The notes: generated by a model from the sequence alone, not told the origin. Positions 52,473 through 62,120 are shown, counted from the stretch's first letter. The stretch is DNA of 64,000 nt from an uncultured Solirubrobacterales bacterium (GCA_963702955.1 OY969774.1:1113476-1177475); one strand, 5' to 3'. Numbers and translations: made by a program.

Positions 52473-53906
52473 ATGGCAACGCCAGAGGCAGTCGCAGAGA
52501 AAAAAGAGCTCGCCGGGATCAACGCCGACTACAAGGAGAAGTTCGGCTTCCACGATCCCGAGACCGGCTACGCCTACAAAGCGCCGAAGGGCCTCTCCCG
52601 CGAGGTGGTCGAATCGATCTCCGAGTACAAGCAGGAGCCGCAGTGGATGCGCGACTTCCGGCTGAAGGCGCTGGAGCACTTCGAATCGCGCCCGACCCCG
52701 GCCTGGGGCGGCAACCTCGGCCAGATCGACTTCGACGACATCCACTACTTCGTCCGCGCCTCCGACAAGAACAGCCGCGACTGGAGCGAGGTCCCGGACG
52801 ACATCAAAAACACCTTCGACCGGCTCGGCATCCCCGAGGCGGAGCGCAAATTCCTCTCCGGGGTCGGCGCCCAGTACGAGTCGGAGGTCGTCTACCACCA
52901 GGTCAACGAGAAGCTCGAGGCCCAGGGCGTGATCTTCACCGACATGGACACGGCGCTGCGCGAGCACGAGGACCTGCTGCGCGAGTACTGGGCGACGGTG
53001 ATCCCGGCCAACGACAACAAACTGGCGGCGCTCAACTCCGCCGTCTGGTCGGGCGGCTCCTTCGTCTACGTTCCCGCCGGGGTCAAGGTCGAGATGCCGC
53101 TGCAGGCCTACTTCCGGATCAACACCGAGAACATGGGCCAGTTCGAGCGGACGCTGATCATCTGCGAGGAGGGCGCTGACGTCCACTACATCGAGGGCTG
53201 CACGGCGCCGGTCTACTCAACCGACTCGCTGCACTCGGCAGTGGTCGAGATCGTCTGCAAGCCCAGCTCCCGGGTCCGCTACACGACCGTCCAGAACTGG
53301 TCGCAGAACGTCTACAACCTGGTCACCAAGCGCGCGATCGCGCAGGAGAAGGCGACGATGGAGTGGGTCGACTGCAACCTCGGCTCGAAGTTGACGATGA
53401 AGTACCCGTCGATCTACCTGCTCGGGCCCGAAGCGCACGGCGAGATCCTCTCGATCGCCTTCGCCGGTCAGGGCCAGCACCAGGACGCCGGCGGCAAGAT
53501 CATCCACGCGGCGCCGCGGACCTCGTCCTCGATCTTCTCCAAGTCGATCTCCAAGGACGGTGGCCGGGCGACCTACCGCGGCCTGCTCGAAGTCGCCGAC
53601 GGGGCGAGCGAATCGCGCTCGAAGGTGGTCTGCGACGCGCTGCTGCTCGACGAGGACTCGCGCTCTGACACCTACCCGACGATCCGGATCGACGAGAACG
53701 ACGCCGACGTCGGCCACGAGGCGACCGTCTCGAAGATCGGCGACGAGCAGGTCTTCTACCTGCAGAGCCACGGGCTCGACGAGGAGGAGGCCTCGAAGAT
53801 GATCGTCAACGGCTTCATCGAGCCGGTCACCAAGGAGCTGCCGATGGAGTACGCGGTCGAGCTCAACCGCCTGATCGAGCTGCAGATGGAGGGCTCGATT
53901 GGCTGA
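52473..53906 (+). CDS. sufB: Fe-S cluster assembly scaffold SufB
   Basis: 477 aa, canonical SufB sequence (...[18 protein letters not shown]..., [13 protein letters not shown]). Confidence 0.95.
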   Translation: MATPEAVAEKKELAGINADYKEKFGFHDPETGYAYKAPKGLSREVVESISEYKQEPQWMRDFRLKALEHFESRPTPAWGGNLGQIDFDDIHYFVRASDKNSRDWSEVPDDIKNTFDRLGIPEAERKFLSGVGAQYESEVVYHQVNEKLEAQGVIFTDMDTALREHEDLLREYWATVIPANDNKLAALNSAVWSGGSFVYVPAGVKVEMPLQAYFRINTENMGQFERTLIICEEGADVHYIEGCTAPVYSTDSLHSAVVEIVCKPSSRVRYTTVQNWSQNVYNLVTKRAIAQEKATMEWVDCNLGSKLTMKYPSIYLLGPEAHGEILSIAFAGQGQHQDAGGKIIHAAPRTSSSIFSKSISKDGGRATYRGLLEVADGASESRSKVVCDALLLDEDSRSDTYPTIRIDENDADVGHEATVSKIGDEQVFYLQSHGLDEEEASKMIVNGFIEPVTKELPMEYAVELNRLIELQMEGSIG

Positions 53907-55059
53907 GCTGGCGACCGAACCGACCTGGTTGGAGGAGAGGCGCCGGCGGGGCGCCTCTCTCGCGCAGAGCCTCCCCCTGCCCGACCAGAAGGCGAAGGGC
54001 TGGGAATTCACCGACCTCGCCGGGCTGGAGATCGACTCCTACGCGGAGGCGAGCCCCGCCGCTTCGATCGAGGGCGCCGAGGGCGCGACGGTGCTGCCCC
54101 TGACGGCGGCGCTCGAGTCCCACGGCGAGCTGCTGCACGAGCGGCTCGGCTCGCTGGTCCCGATCGAGGACCCGTTCGTCGCCCGCAACGAGGCCGGCTG
54201 GCGCGACGGCGTCCTCGTCCACGTGCCGCGCGGCGTCAGGCTGGCGGAGCCGATCCGGGTCGAGCTGCCGCTCGACGAGAACGGAGCGGCGATCGCCTGG
54301 CGAACCGTCGTCGTCCTCGAGGAGGGCGCCGAGGCGGAGGTCTGGGAGCACTGGTCCTCGCCGGGCGACGAGATCGATGCGCTGCTCAACACGGTGGTCG
54401 AGCTGCACGTCGGCCAGGCGGCGACGCTGCGCTACATCGCCACCCAGGACGTCTCCGAGCGGGCCTGGGTCTTCTCCAGCCAGCGCGCTGAGGTCGGTCG
54501 CGACGCCCGCCTCGACTGGACCGCGCTCGGCTTCGGCTCGGGCCGCGGCAAGGTGCGGATGGAGACCAGGCTGGCCGGCCCGGGCTCCGAGGCGCGGGTG
54601 ACCGGCGGCTACGCCGGCGGTCCCGGACAGCACCTCGACTACGACACGCTGCAGGAGCACGCGGCGCCGAACACCTTCTCCGACCTTGCCTTCCGCGGCG
54701 TGCTCGCCGCCGGGGCGACGGCCGTCTGGCGGGGGATGATCCGGGTCAACCCCGGCGCCCAGGGAACCGACGCCTTCCAGGAGAGTCGCAACCTGCTGCT
54801 CTCCCCCGACGCCCACGCCGACGCGATCCCGGGCCTGGAGATCGAGGCCGACGACGTGCGCTGCACCCACGCCGCGGCGATCGCCCAGATCGACCGCGAG
54901 CAGCTCTTCTACCTGACCTCGCGCGGCCTCGACGCGGCGGCGGCGAAGCAGATCATCGTCGAGGGCTTCCTCGAGTCGCTGGTCGAGCGCCTCGCCGAGG
55001 GCCCTGTCCGGGACGAGGTCTCGGACGCGCTGGCGAGCAGGCTCGCCGAGATCCTCTAG
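53899..55059 (+). CDS. sufD: Fe-S cluster assembly protein SufD
   Basis: TTG start overlapping the sufB end. SufB/D beta-helix C-terminal region ([23 protein letters not shown]). Confidence 0.9.
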   Translation: MAELATEPTWLEERRRRGASLAQSLPLPDQKAKGWEFTDLAGLEIDSYAEASPAASIEGAEGATVLPLTAALESHGELLHERLGSLVPIEDPFVARNEAGWRDGVLVHVPRGVRLAEPIRVELPLDENGAAIAWRTVVVLEEGAEAEVWEHWSSPGDEIDALLNTVVELHVGQAATLRYIATQDVSERAWVFSSQRAEVGRDARLDWTALGFGSGRGKVRMETRLAGPGSEARVTGGYAGGPGQHLDYDTLQEHAAPNTFSDLAFRGVLAAGATAVWRGMIRVNPGAQGTDAFQESRNLLLSPDAHADAIPGLEIEADDVRCTHAAAIAQIDREQLFYLTSRGLDAAAAKQIIVEGFLESLVERLAEGPVRDEVSDALASRLAEIL

Positions 55060-55255
55060 GCCGGAAGAGCCTCAAACAGCCAGGGCCGCCGGCGTGGCTG
55101 AGTTTGCCGACGGCCCCAGTGTTTATGGGGAGAGGGATCGGAGTCCGATCCATGATTCGCAACCTCTGCCCAAGTCAACCAGCGCGGGCATAGCCGGGCA
55201 TCGGTAGAAAACCGAGCATTTGGCGGCAAATCGCCGCGGATTCCGGATCGAATCG

Positions 55256-55885
55256 CTAGACGACGGGCGGGGACACGCCGTCGAGCAGGCGCCAGTTGGC
55301 CTCGAAGGCCGACTCGGCGGCGGCGACCAGGGCGTCCGGATCGGCGCCGTCGAGGTGCGCCTCGATCAGCGAGCGGCCCTCGGCGGCGTGCTCGACGTCG
55401 GCCTTCTCGTGCACCCGGAAATACTCGTTGCCGGGCCCGTCGCCGATCCCGTAGTGCGCGGCGAGGCCCTGGCGCTTGGTCTCGGAGATCGCCGGCTGGC
55501 CGCTCTCGATCGCGTAGAGGCGGACGAGCTGGGAAAGCCGGTCGCCATCAGCGGTCCAGGCGTCGACGCAGCCTTTGGTCTCCGGCCTGGGGGCGGCGGC
55601 GACCTCGCCCCCGACCGCCTCGACGAAGCCGTCCCAGAGGGCGATGTGGGCCTCCTCCTCCTCGGCGTGACGGCGCAGCTCGGCGCGCTCGGCCTCGGGC
55701 GCCGACTCGGCGACGGCGGCGCTGAGACGGGCGATCGCGGCGGTCGCGTGGCGGTACTGGCCGGAGTAGGCGGCCAGCTCCTCGCGGCTCAGCTCGCCGG
55801 CCGACCAGCGCTGGTAGAAGGGATGCTCGAGCACGTTCCAGCGGGCGCGAGCCTGCTCAATCCTCTGCCAAACGTCGTTGCTCAC
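55256..55885 (-). CDS. haem-oxygenase-like di-iron protein (CADD/PqqC/TenA_C-like)
   Basis: GTG 55885 with a GAGGAGG SD. LEHPFYQRWSAGELSREEL, EEEAH (ExxH) and HEKADVEH (HxxxDxxH) ligand-like motifs. Confidence 0.7.
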   Translation of the reverse strand: MSNDVWQRIEQARARWNVLEHPFYQRWSAGELSREELAAYSGQYRHATAAIARLSAAVAESAPEAERAELRRHAEEEEAHIALWDGFVEAVGGEVAAAPRPETKGCVDAWTADGDRLSQLVRLYAIESGQPAISETKRQGLAAHYGIGDGPGNEYFRVHEKADVEHAAEGRSLIEAHLDGADPDALVAAAESAFEANWRLLDGVSPPVV

Positions 55886-56003
55886 TGGGGCCTCCTCGAT
55901 TCGCCGGTTTGAGGGACGTGCCGGTGATTGACCGCCCAATATGGTGGTTAATCCCCGGCGCGTCTGTATCGCGAGCGCAGGATAACGTCCGCCGCCGCTG
56001 CCG

Positions 56004-56825
56004 ATGCGCCCCGAGAGAGAGAACATCGCCGCCCCCGACCTGCCGGAGGGGATCGAGTGGGTCGGCGAGGCTCCGCGGTCGATGCCGGTGGCGACCGCGG
56101 CCGGCCCGGTCCTCGTCCACTTCCTCGACTTCGCCCAGCTCAACAGCGTACGCACCCTGCCTTACATCGCCGAGTGGTCGCGCCGCTACGGCGAGCACGG
56201 GCTGACGACGATCGGCGTGCAGGCGCCGCGCTTCCCGTTCGGAGCGGACCGCGACGCCGTCGCGAACGGGCTCGAACAGCTCGGGGTCGAGTTCCCGGTC
56301 GCGATCGACGCCGATCGCCGCCTCTGGCACGCCTACGGCTGCGAGGGCTGGCCCAGCCTCTTCCTCTGGAAGACGGGAGGCGCGCTCGCCTGGTTCCACT
56401 TCGGCGAGGGCGAGTACCGGGCGACCGAGGAGGCGATCCAAGACGAGCTGCGCGAGTCCGACGCCCTCCGCGACCTCCCGGCCCCGATGGCGCCCCTCCG
56501 CCCCACCGACGCCCCGGGCGCCAAGGTCATGCCCCCGACAGAGGAGATCTTCCCCGGCGGCTCCTGGGAGCGCCCGTGGGTCGCCGGAGAGGATGGCGAT
56601 TCCTTGCCGATCCCCTACGAAGCCGGCGGCGCCTTCGCCACGGTCGAGGGCAAGGGCCAACTCAACATCGCTCTCGACGGCACCGAGCTCCCGCCTATCG
56701 CCGTCGAAGCACCGGCCCTCTACACCCTGGCCGAGCACAAGCGCCACGAGCAACACCAGCTACTCCTGAAAGCTGACCCAGGCCTCCGAATCTGGTCCGT
56801 CAGTTTCTCGGCAGGCTTGCCGTAG
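56004..56825 (+). CDS. DipZ C-terminal-like thioredoxin-fold + jelly-roll protein lacking the CxxC
   Basis: VLVHFLDFAQLNSVRTLPY...GVQAPRFPFG...WPSLFLW...HFGEGEYRATE parallels the DipZ C-domain as I remember it, but QLNS (56136-56147) replaces C-x-x-C. Confidence 0.6.
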   Translation: MRPERENIAAPDLPEGIEWVGEAPRSMPVATAAGPVLVHFLDFAQLNSVRTLPYIAEWSRRYGEHGLTTIGVQAPRFPFGADRDAVANGLEQLGVEFPVAIDADRRLWHAYGCEGWPSLFLWKTGGALAWFHFGEGEYRATEEAIQDELRESDALRDLPAPMAPLRPTDAPGAKVMPPTEEIFPGGSWERPWVAGEDGDSLPIPYEAGGAFATVEGKGQLNIALDGTELPPIAVEAPALYTLAEHKRHEQHQLLLKADPGLRIWSVSFSAGLP

Positions 56826-56828
56826 CTG

Positions 56829-56943
56829 AGGGGGAGTGGGGTACTGCTCCCCGCGGCTTGTACTTTTTCCGAAATCCCGTCCTCGGACGGACACCCACTG
56901 TCTTCGGAAAAAGTTGAGCGGGGAGTAGTGCCCCACTCCCCCT
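56829..56943 (+). repeat. 115-nt nested hairpin filling the whole convergent intergenic region (family member 3)
   Basis: Outer 26-bp stem 56829-56854 / 56918-56943 with two G.U pairs on the + strand only. Inner perfect 11-bp stem 56863-56873 / 56903-56913. Apical 5-bp hairpin 56877-56890. The right arm overlaps the ispH stop. Confidence 0.75.
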
Positions 56944-57916
56944 ACACCGCGGCCTGTTGCGCCTCGCGAATCTCCTTCGGCAGCATGAACCGAACGTCCT
57001 CATGCACCGTCCGCAACTCGGAAACCTCGCCGGCCCCGCGCTCCCGGAAAAACTCGACCAACCGCTCCACCAGCTCCTCCGGCGCGCTCGCCCCGGAGGT
57101 GATGCCGACCGTCTCGACCCCGCCCAGCCACTCCTCGCGCACCTGGGTGTGATTGTCGATCAGATGCGAGGCGGCGCCGTGCTCGCGCGCCACCTCGACC
57201 AGGCGGTTGGAGTTGGAGGAGTTGGTCGAGCCGATCACCAGCACCAGGTCGCACTCGCGGGCGAGCTGCTTGACGGCGATCTGGCGGTTGGTCGTCGCGT
57301 AACAGATGTCGTCGGACTTGGAGCTGACGATCGCCGGGAACTTGGCCCGCAGCGCGGCGATGATCTCCGCCGTCTCGTCAACCGAGAGGGTGGTCTGGGT
57401 GATGAACGCGACCCGCTCGGGATCGGGCACCTCGAGCGCAGCCACCTCGTCCACGGTCTGCACCAGGACGATGCTCTCGGGCGCCTCGCCGGTGGTCCCT
57501 TCGACCTCCTCGTGGCCCTCGTGTCCGATCATCACGATCGCGTAGCCGTCGGCGGCGAAGCGGCGCGCCTCGACGTGGACCTTGGTGACCAGCGGGCAGG
57601 TGGCGTCGATCGTCCGCAGGCTGCGCGCCGCGGCGTTCTCGTGCACGGCGGGGGCCACGCCGTGGGCCGAGAAGACGACCATCTCGCCCTCCGGCACCTC
57701 GGTCTCCTGCTCGACGAAGATCGCGCCCCGCTTCGCAAGCTCCTCGACCACGTGCTTGTTGTGGACGATCTCCTTGCGGACGTAGACCGGCGCCCCGTGC
57801 AGGTCCAGCGCCCGCTCGACCGTCTCGACGGCGCGGTCGACGCCGGCGCAGTAGCCGCGCGGGGCGGCGAGCAGGACCCTTTTCGGGGCCACGGTTGCGG
57901 TGGAAGCCATCGTCAC
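56942..57916 (-). CDS. ispH: 4-hydroxy-3-methylbut-2-enyl diphosphate reductase
   Basis: [37 protein letters not shown] motifs. Confidence 0.95.
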   Translation of the reverse strand: MTMASTATVAPKRVLLAAPRGYCAGVDRAVETVERALDLHGAPVYVRKEIVHNKHVVEELAKRGAIFVEQETEVPEGEMVVFSAHGVAPAVHENAAARSLRTIDATCPLVTKVHVEARRFAADGYAIVMIGHEGHEEVEGTTGEAPESIVLVQTVDEVAALEVPDPERVAFITQTTLSVDETAEIIAALRAKFPAIVSSKSDDICYATTNRQIAVKQLARECDLVLVIGSTNSSNSNRLVEVAREHGAASHLIDNHTQVREEWLGGVETVGITSGASAPEELVERLVEFFRERGAGEVSELRTVHEDVRFMLPKEIREAQQAAV

Positions 57917-57945
57917 CAGGGTACCGGTGCAGCTAGCCTTGCAGG

Positions 57946-59361
57946 ATGAACGACGCCGCCGGCCATCTCGAGCGCCTTACCGCGGTCAACGCCTCGTTCC
58001 TGACCAACGAGGGCTCGTCCAGCCACATGCACATCGGCGGGCTACTGATCTTCGAGGGCCCGCCGCCGCGCTACGTCAACCTGGTCGAGCACGTGCGGGG
58101 TCGGCTGGACCAGGTGCCGCGCTTCCGCCAGCGGCTCGTCGTGCCGCCGCTGGAGGCCGGCCGGCCCCTCTGGGCCGACGACGTCAACTTCAACCTCAGC
58201 TACCACATCCGCCACACCGCGCTGCCCGATCCGGGCGGCGAGGCAGAGCTGAAACGGCTCGCCGCCCGCGTCTTCTCGCAACGGCTCGACCGCTCCAAGC
58301 CGCTCTGGGAGATGTGGCTCGTGCAGGGCCTGGAGCGGGACCGCTTTGCGTTGCTGACCAAGACCCACCACGCGGCGGTCAACGGCATCGCCGGCGTCAA
58401 CATCGGCACCGTCCTCTTCGACCTCGAGCCGGTGCCCGAGCCGGCGCCGGTCGAGGACGGCTGGGTGCCGGCGGCGACGCCGAGCACCACCCAGCTGATC
58501 GCCCGCGGGGCCACCGACGCGGCGGCGATGCCGGTCAAGCTGGCCGAGCGGGCTGCGGCGGCGGTGCGCCACCCGGAGACCGCCGCGCGGCGGGTGGTCG
58601 AGGCGTTGGAGGGGCTCGGCGAGGTGTTCGGCGGCTTCGCCGATCCGGCCCCGGACGTGCCGCTCAACCAGCCGATCGGGCCGCACCGGCGCTTCACCTG
58701 GGCGCGCTCGGAGCTGGCGACCTTCAAGCGGATCAAGGACACCTTCGGCGGCACGGTCAACGACGTGGTGCTGGCGGTCGTCACCGGGGCGCTGCGCGGG
58801 TGGCTGCACGAGCGCGGCATCCGCACCGAGGGGCTGGAGCTGCGGGCGCTGGTCCCGGTCTCGATCCGCACCGCCGACGAGCGCGGCGAGCTGGGCAACA
58901 AACTCGCGGCGATGCGCGGCCCGCTGCCGGTCTACGTCGAGGACCCGGTGCGGCGGCTGCGCGTGGTCAGCGAGCAGATGGAAGGGCTGAAGCGATCGAA
59001 GCAGGCGCTCGGCGCCGAAGTGATCTCCCGCTTCAACGACTTCGCCCCGCCGACCCTGCTCGCCCAGGCTGCGCGGATCAACTTCTCGACCCGCCTGTTC
59101 AACATGATCGTCACCAACGTGCCCGGGCCGCAGCAGCCGCTTTACGTCCTCGGCCGCGAACTGGAAGAGATCTTCCCGGTCGCCTTCCTGCCCGAGAACC
59201 ACGCGCTGGCGGTGGCGATCATGAGCTACAACGGCCGTATCTGCTTCGGCCTGCTCGCCGACTACGACTCGATGGAAGACGTCGAAACGATCGCCCGCGG
59301 GCTCGACGAGTCGCTGGCCGAGCTGGAGCAGGCCGCGGTGGCCGCTTCGACGCCGGCCTGA
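57946..59361 (+). CDS. wax ester synthase/diacylglycerol acyltransferase family protein with HHxxxNG variant motif
   Basis: [19 protein letters not shown] (HH 58366-58371, N 58381-58383), NVPGP, YNG motifs. Confidence 0.88.
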   Translation: MNDAAGHLERLTAVNASFLTNEGSSSHMHIGGLLIFEGPPPRYVNLVEHVRGRLDQVPRFRQRLVVPPLEAGRPLWADDVNFNLSYHIRHTALPDPGGEAELKRLAARVFSQRLDRSKPLWEMWLVQGLERDRFALLTKTHHAAVNGIAGVNIGTVLFDLEPVPEPAPVEDGWVPAATPSTTQLIARGATDAAAMPVKLAERAAAAVRHPETAARRVVEALEGLGEVFGGFADPAPDVPLNQPIGPHRRFTWARSELATFKRIKDTFGGTVNDVVLAVVTGALRGWLHERGIRTEGLELRALVPVSIRTADERGELGNKLAAMRGPLPVYVEDPVRRLRVVSEQMEGLKRSKQALGAEVISRFNDFAPPTLLAQAARINFSTRLFNMIVTNVPGPQQPLYVLGRELEEIFPVAFLPENHALAVAIMSYNGRICFGLLADYDSMEDVETIARGLDESLAELEQAAVAASTPA

Positions 59362-59376
59362 CTGAGAAGCCGAGAG

Positions 59377-59437
59377 CTTTGAAAGCCCAGCGACAATCCC
59401 AAGAATCTTTGAAAGAAAAAAGCGATATCTTTCAAAG
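59377..59437 (+). promoter_or_regulatory. three CTTTSAAAG palindromic boxes upstream of fic
   Basis: CTTTGAAAG at 59377-59385 and 59407-59415, CTTTCAAAG at 59429-59437 (ends 2 nt before ATG 59440). Centre spacing is 30 and 22 bp. The region is AT-rich. Confidence 0.5.
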
Positions 59438-59439
59438 CT

Positions 59440-60573
59440 ATGGATGTGCGGCGGTTCACCAAAAGCGCCGGCGGAACGCTGCTCCAGGCACCCGAGGGAT
59501 ACCCGGCATTCGTTCCGGAACGAGCTCCACGGGAGCTCGTTCTGTCCAACGCCTGCCTAGCCGCCCTTGACGAGGCTTCCAACCGCCTGGGAATTCTGCA
59601 GGGAATCGGGCGCCAGATCCGCAATCCCCATCTGCTGATCTCCCCATACATGAGCAGAGAGGCGGTTCTCAGCTCTCGCATCGAGGGAACGCAGACCACC
59701 ATGTCAGACGTTTACGCCGCCGACCTCGGACAGCAGGAGCTGATCCAAGCACCTGACGTTCGAGAGGTTCGCAACTACAGAGAGGCCCATCGCCTTGGGC
59801 TGAACTCGAAGCTCCCGCTCAGCCTCCGGCTCATCCGCAACCTCCACGGACAGTTGATGAAGGGTGTGCGCGGACAGGAGCGCCATCCCGGTGAGTTCCG
59901 CACCTATCAGAACTTCATAGGAGCGATGACGGGCGCCGAAGCTACCTATGTGCCGCCCCCGGTCCCCGAGATGCAAAGCCTGCTCGACGACTTCGAACGT
60001 TTCCTGCACGAGGACTCTCTCCGACCTCTGGTCCAGGCGGCCGTCGTCCACTACCAGTTCGAGGCCATCCACCCGTTCGGCGACGGGAACGGTCGTGTCG
60101 GTCGTCTGCTCGTTCCCTTGTTCTTGCGCGATCGCGGACTGCTGCCACAGCCGCTTCTATATCTCTCTGCGTACTTCGAGCGCAGCCGAACCGACTACTA
60201 CGACAAGCTCTTCAGAGTCAGTACCCATGGCGCCTGGGGCGAGTGGATTTGCTACTTCCTGACCGGCATCTCCACACAAGCCCAAGAGGCTGCGGATCTC
60301 GCCGATCGACTTCTGGCACTCCACAATCGGTATCGAGAGGACCTGCAGGCTAAGCACGTCACGGCCAATGTGCTGGCGCTGATCGATGCCTTGTTCGAGA
60401 ATCCACTCATTTACACGAGCCGGGCGGAGTCCGTCCTCGGGGTCAGCGCGCCGACCGCGCGCGCCACGATCAGAACCCTCGAGGAGCACGGAATTCTGCG
60501 CGAGATCACCGACCGGAGCTGGCGGAAGATCTACCAGGCCGACGAGATCTATGCGCTGCTGCGAGGCGGATAG
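59440..60573 (+). CDS. fic: Fic-family AMPylase/adenylyltransferase with N-terminal inhibitory helix and C-terminal wHTH-like domain
   Basis: Fic motif HPFGDGNGRVGR. Upstream SSRIEG fits the (S/T)xxxE(G/N) inhibitory motif. Visibly lower GC3 than the neighbours. Confidence 0.9.
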   Translation: MDVRRFTKSAGGTLLQAPEGYPAFVPERAPRELVLSNACLAALDEASNRLGILQGIGRQIRNPHLLISPYMSREAVLSSRIEGTQTTMSDVYAADLGQQELIQAPDVREVRNYREAHRLGLNSKLPLSLRLIRNLHGQLMKGVRGQERHPGEFRTYQNFIGAMTGAEATYVPPPVPEMQSLLDDFERFLHEDSLRPLVQAAVVHYQFEAIHPFGDGNGRVGRLLVPLFLRDRGLLPQPLLYLSAYFERSRTDYYDKLFRVSTHGAWGEWICYFLTGISTQAQEAADLADRLLALHNRYREDLQAKHVTANVLALIDALFENPLIYTSRAESVLGVSAPTARATIRTLEEHGILREITDRSWRKIYQADEIYALLRGG

Positions 60574-60595
60574 GTCGCCCAACTAGGCTGTCAAC

Positions 60596-61072
60596 ATGCT
60601 CCTGCTCGTCCTCCTCTTCATCGTCGTCCCGATCGTCGAGCTGTACGTGATCATCCAGGTGGGCGAGTGGATCGGGGTGCTGCCGACCCTGGCGCTGCTG
60701 CTGGCCGACGCGCTGCTCGGCTCGCTGCTGCTGCGCCACCAGGGCCGCGGCGCCTGGCGCCGCTTCAACGCCGCGATCGGCGAAGGCCGCTTCCCCGCCC
60801 GCGAGGTCGCCGACGGCCTGATGATCGCGATCGGCGGAACGCTGCTGCTGACGCCCGGCTTCGTTACCGACATCTTCGGCCTGATCTTCCTGATCCCACC
60901 GACCCGTGCGATCGTCAGGCGCCTCTCGCGCGCCTACTTCGCCCGGCGCTTCGTCGTCGTCGGCCTCGGAGGTACGCCGCCGACGGACGACCCCCCGTCG
61001 TCCCGGCGCGATTACGACTACGAGGCGACCGCCGAGGAGGTCGACGTAGACGACCGCCAGCTTCCCGGTTAA
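60596..61072 (+). CDS. fxsA: FxsA-family membrane protein
   Basis: MLLLVLLFIVVPIVELYVIIQVGEWIG...LLLTPGFVTDIFGLIFLIPPTR. Confidence 0.8.
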   Translation: MLLLVLLFIVVPIVELYVIIQVGEWIGVLPTLALLLADALLGSLLLRHQGRGAWRRFNAAIGEGRFPAREVADGLMIAIGGTLLLTPGFVTDIFGLIFLIPPTRAIVRRLSRAYFARRFVVVGLGGTPPTDDPPSSRRDYDYEATAEEVDVDDRQLPG

Positions 61073-61119
61073 GCTACTGCGGATTTCCTTGAACGAAACG
61101 AGGCGCTGGAGCGGTTCAG

Positions 61120-61566
61120 TTGGAAGCACGGGCAGTCAGTCCTAGGGAATTCACCCTTCCGGTCGTCGCCTTGGCGATGGTGGGTTTCGGCGCCTTCTCC
61201 GAACGGGCTGAGGCCGTCTCCGTCGCGCTGATCGCGATCGGCGCCGGGATGTTCTTCATCGGGCTGCTCCTCCCCACCCTGACCGAGTTCCAGATCGGCC
61301 CAAGCGGCTTCTCGGGGAAGCTGCGCGAGCGCGACCAGGAAGTCCAGGCTGCCCTCGAACCCCACTCGGAGGGCCTGCTCCGCACCGCCGTGACGATCGC
61401 CGGGAGCCCCGAGAAAGGCAGGGAACTGCTCGACCAAGCGCTGGTCGAAACCTACATGCAGTGGCAGCAGGCCAAACGCGATGGCCCCGCCGATACCGTG
61501 CTCAAGCGGCTGGGAGATATCGCGTCCGCCGAGGTCTCGAGTGCCGCGCCCGGAGCCTCCCCGTGA
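61120..61566 (+). CDS. two-TM protein with C-terminal sigma-70 region-2-like fragment (tentative)
   Basis: TTG start (ATG 61177 is an alternative). The C-terminus ELLDQALVETYMQWQQAKRDGPADTVLKRL resembles ECF sigma region 2 by eye. There is no region 4. Confidence 0.5.
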   Translation: MEARAVSPREFTLPVVALAMVGFGAFSERAEAVSVALIAIGAGMFFIGLLLPTLTEFQIGPSGFSGKLRERDQEVQAALEPHSEGLLRTAVTIAGSPEKGRELLDQALVETYMQWQQAKRDGPADTVLKRLGDIASAEVSSAAPGASP

Positions 61567-62120
61567 ACGACCCCGGCACGCCCCCGCTCGATTGGGGCTC
61601 GGTCTTCGATCGCGCTCATCGCCGGCTCGCCGTCCGGCTCATCCTGCTCGCGGCGATCGGGGCCCTGGGAGCGATCCTGCTCCTCGGCGGAGGGCTGAAG
61701 GCCCGGGGCAAGCTCTCGCTGGGCTTTGGACATACCGCGAAGAAGACCAAGCTGGTCAAGCAGCCGCCGCCGAGAAATCCGTCGCCCGTGCATCACAGGG
61801 AAGAACGGACGACCAAATCGACGAGGCGCCGGCATCCGGTCAAGCCGCCGCCGGAAGAACCGGAAGTCCCGATCGTCGCACCGCCGGTCTGCGTAGAAGA
61901 AGAAGACGCAAGCGGCCAGCAATACTGCAACGGTGTGCCCTCCGACGGAGGCGGCGGGACCGCCGCCGACGAAGGCAACGGCGGCACGACCGCCGAAGGG
62001 GAACCCGAACCGACGGAACCTTCACCGAGCGAACAGCCACCCGTCAAGGAACAGCACATCGAAGTGGGCGCCGAAGCCGGCTCGCAAGCGCCGGCTCCCG
62101 AACCCGCGCCCAAGGGCTAA
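61563..62120 (+). CDS. single-pass membrane protein with Pro/Glu-rich extracytoplasmic tail
   Basis: GTG 61563 overlaps the upstream stop (GTGA). VNDPGTPPLDWGSVFDRAHRRLAVRLILLAAIGALGAILLLGGG..., then a PPPEEPEVP low-complexity region. Confidence 0.55.
   Translation: MNDPGTPPLDWGSVFDRAHRRLAVRLILLAAIGALGAILLLGGGLKARGKLSLGFGHTAKKTKLVKQPPPRNPSPVHHREERTTKSTRRRHPVKPPPEEPEVPIVAPPVCVEEEDASGQQYCNGVPSDGGGGTAADEGNGGTTAEGEPEPTEPSPSEQPPVKEQHIEVGAEAGSQAPAPEPAPKG

Noticed and set aside
54953-55162. 69-aa minus-strand ORF and a small hairpin (GGATCGG-agt-CCGATCC, 55134-55150) in the sufD/HDO spacer
   Set aside because: The ORF translation is Arg/Pro-rich shadow. The hairpin is short and has no related copy or U-tract, so there is not enough evidence for an sRNA or terminator.
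55886-56003. TPP riboswitch upstream of the TenA/PqqC-like gene
   Set aside because: No CTGAGA or ACCTGATCTGGATAATGCCAGCG-like blocks on the minus strand. The protein also looks CADD/HDO-like rather than a thiaminase.
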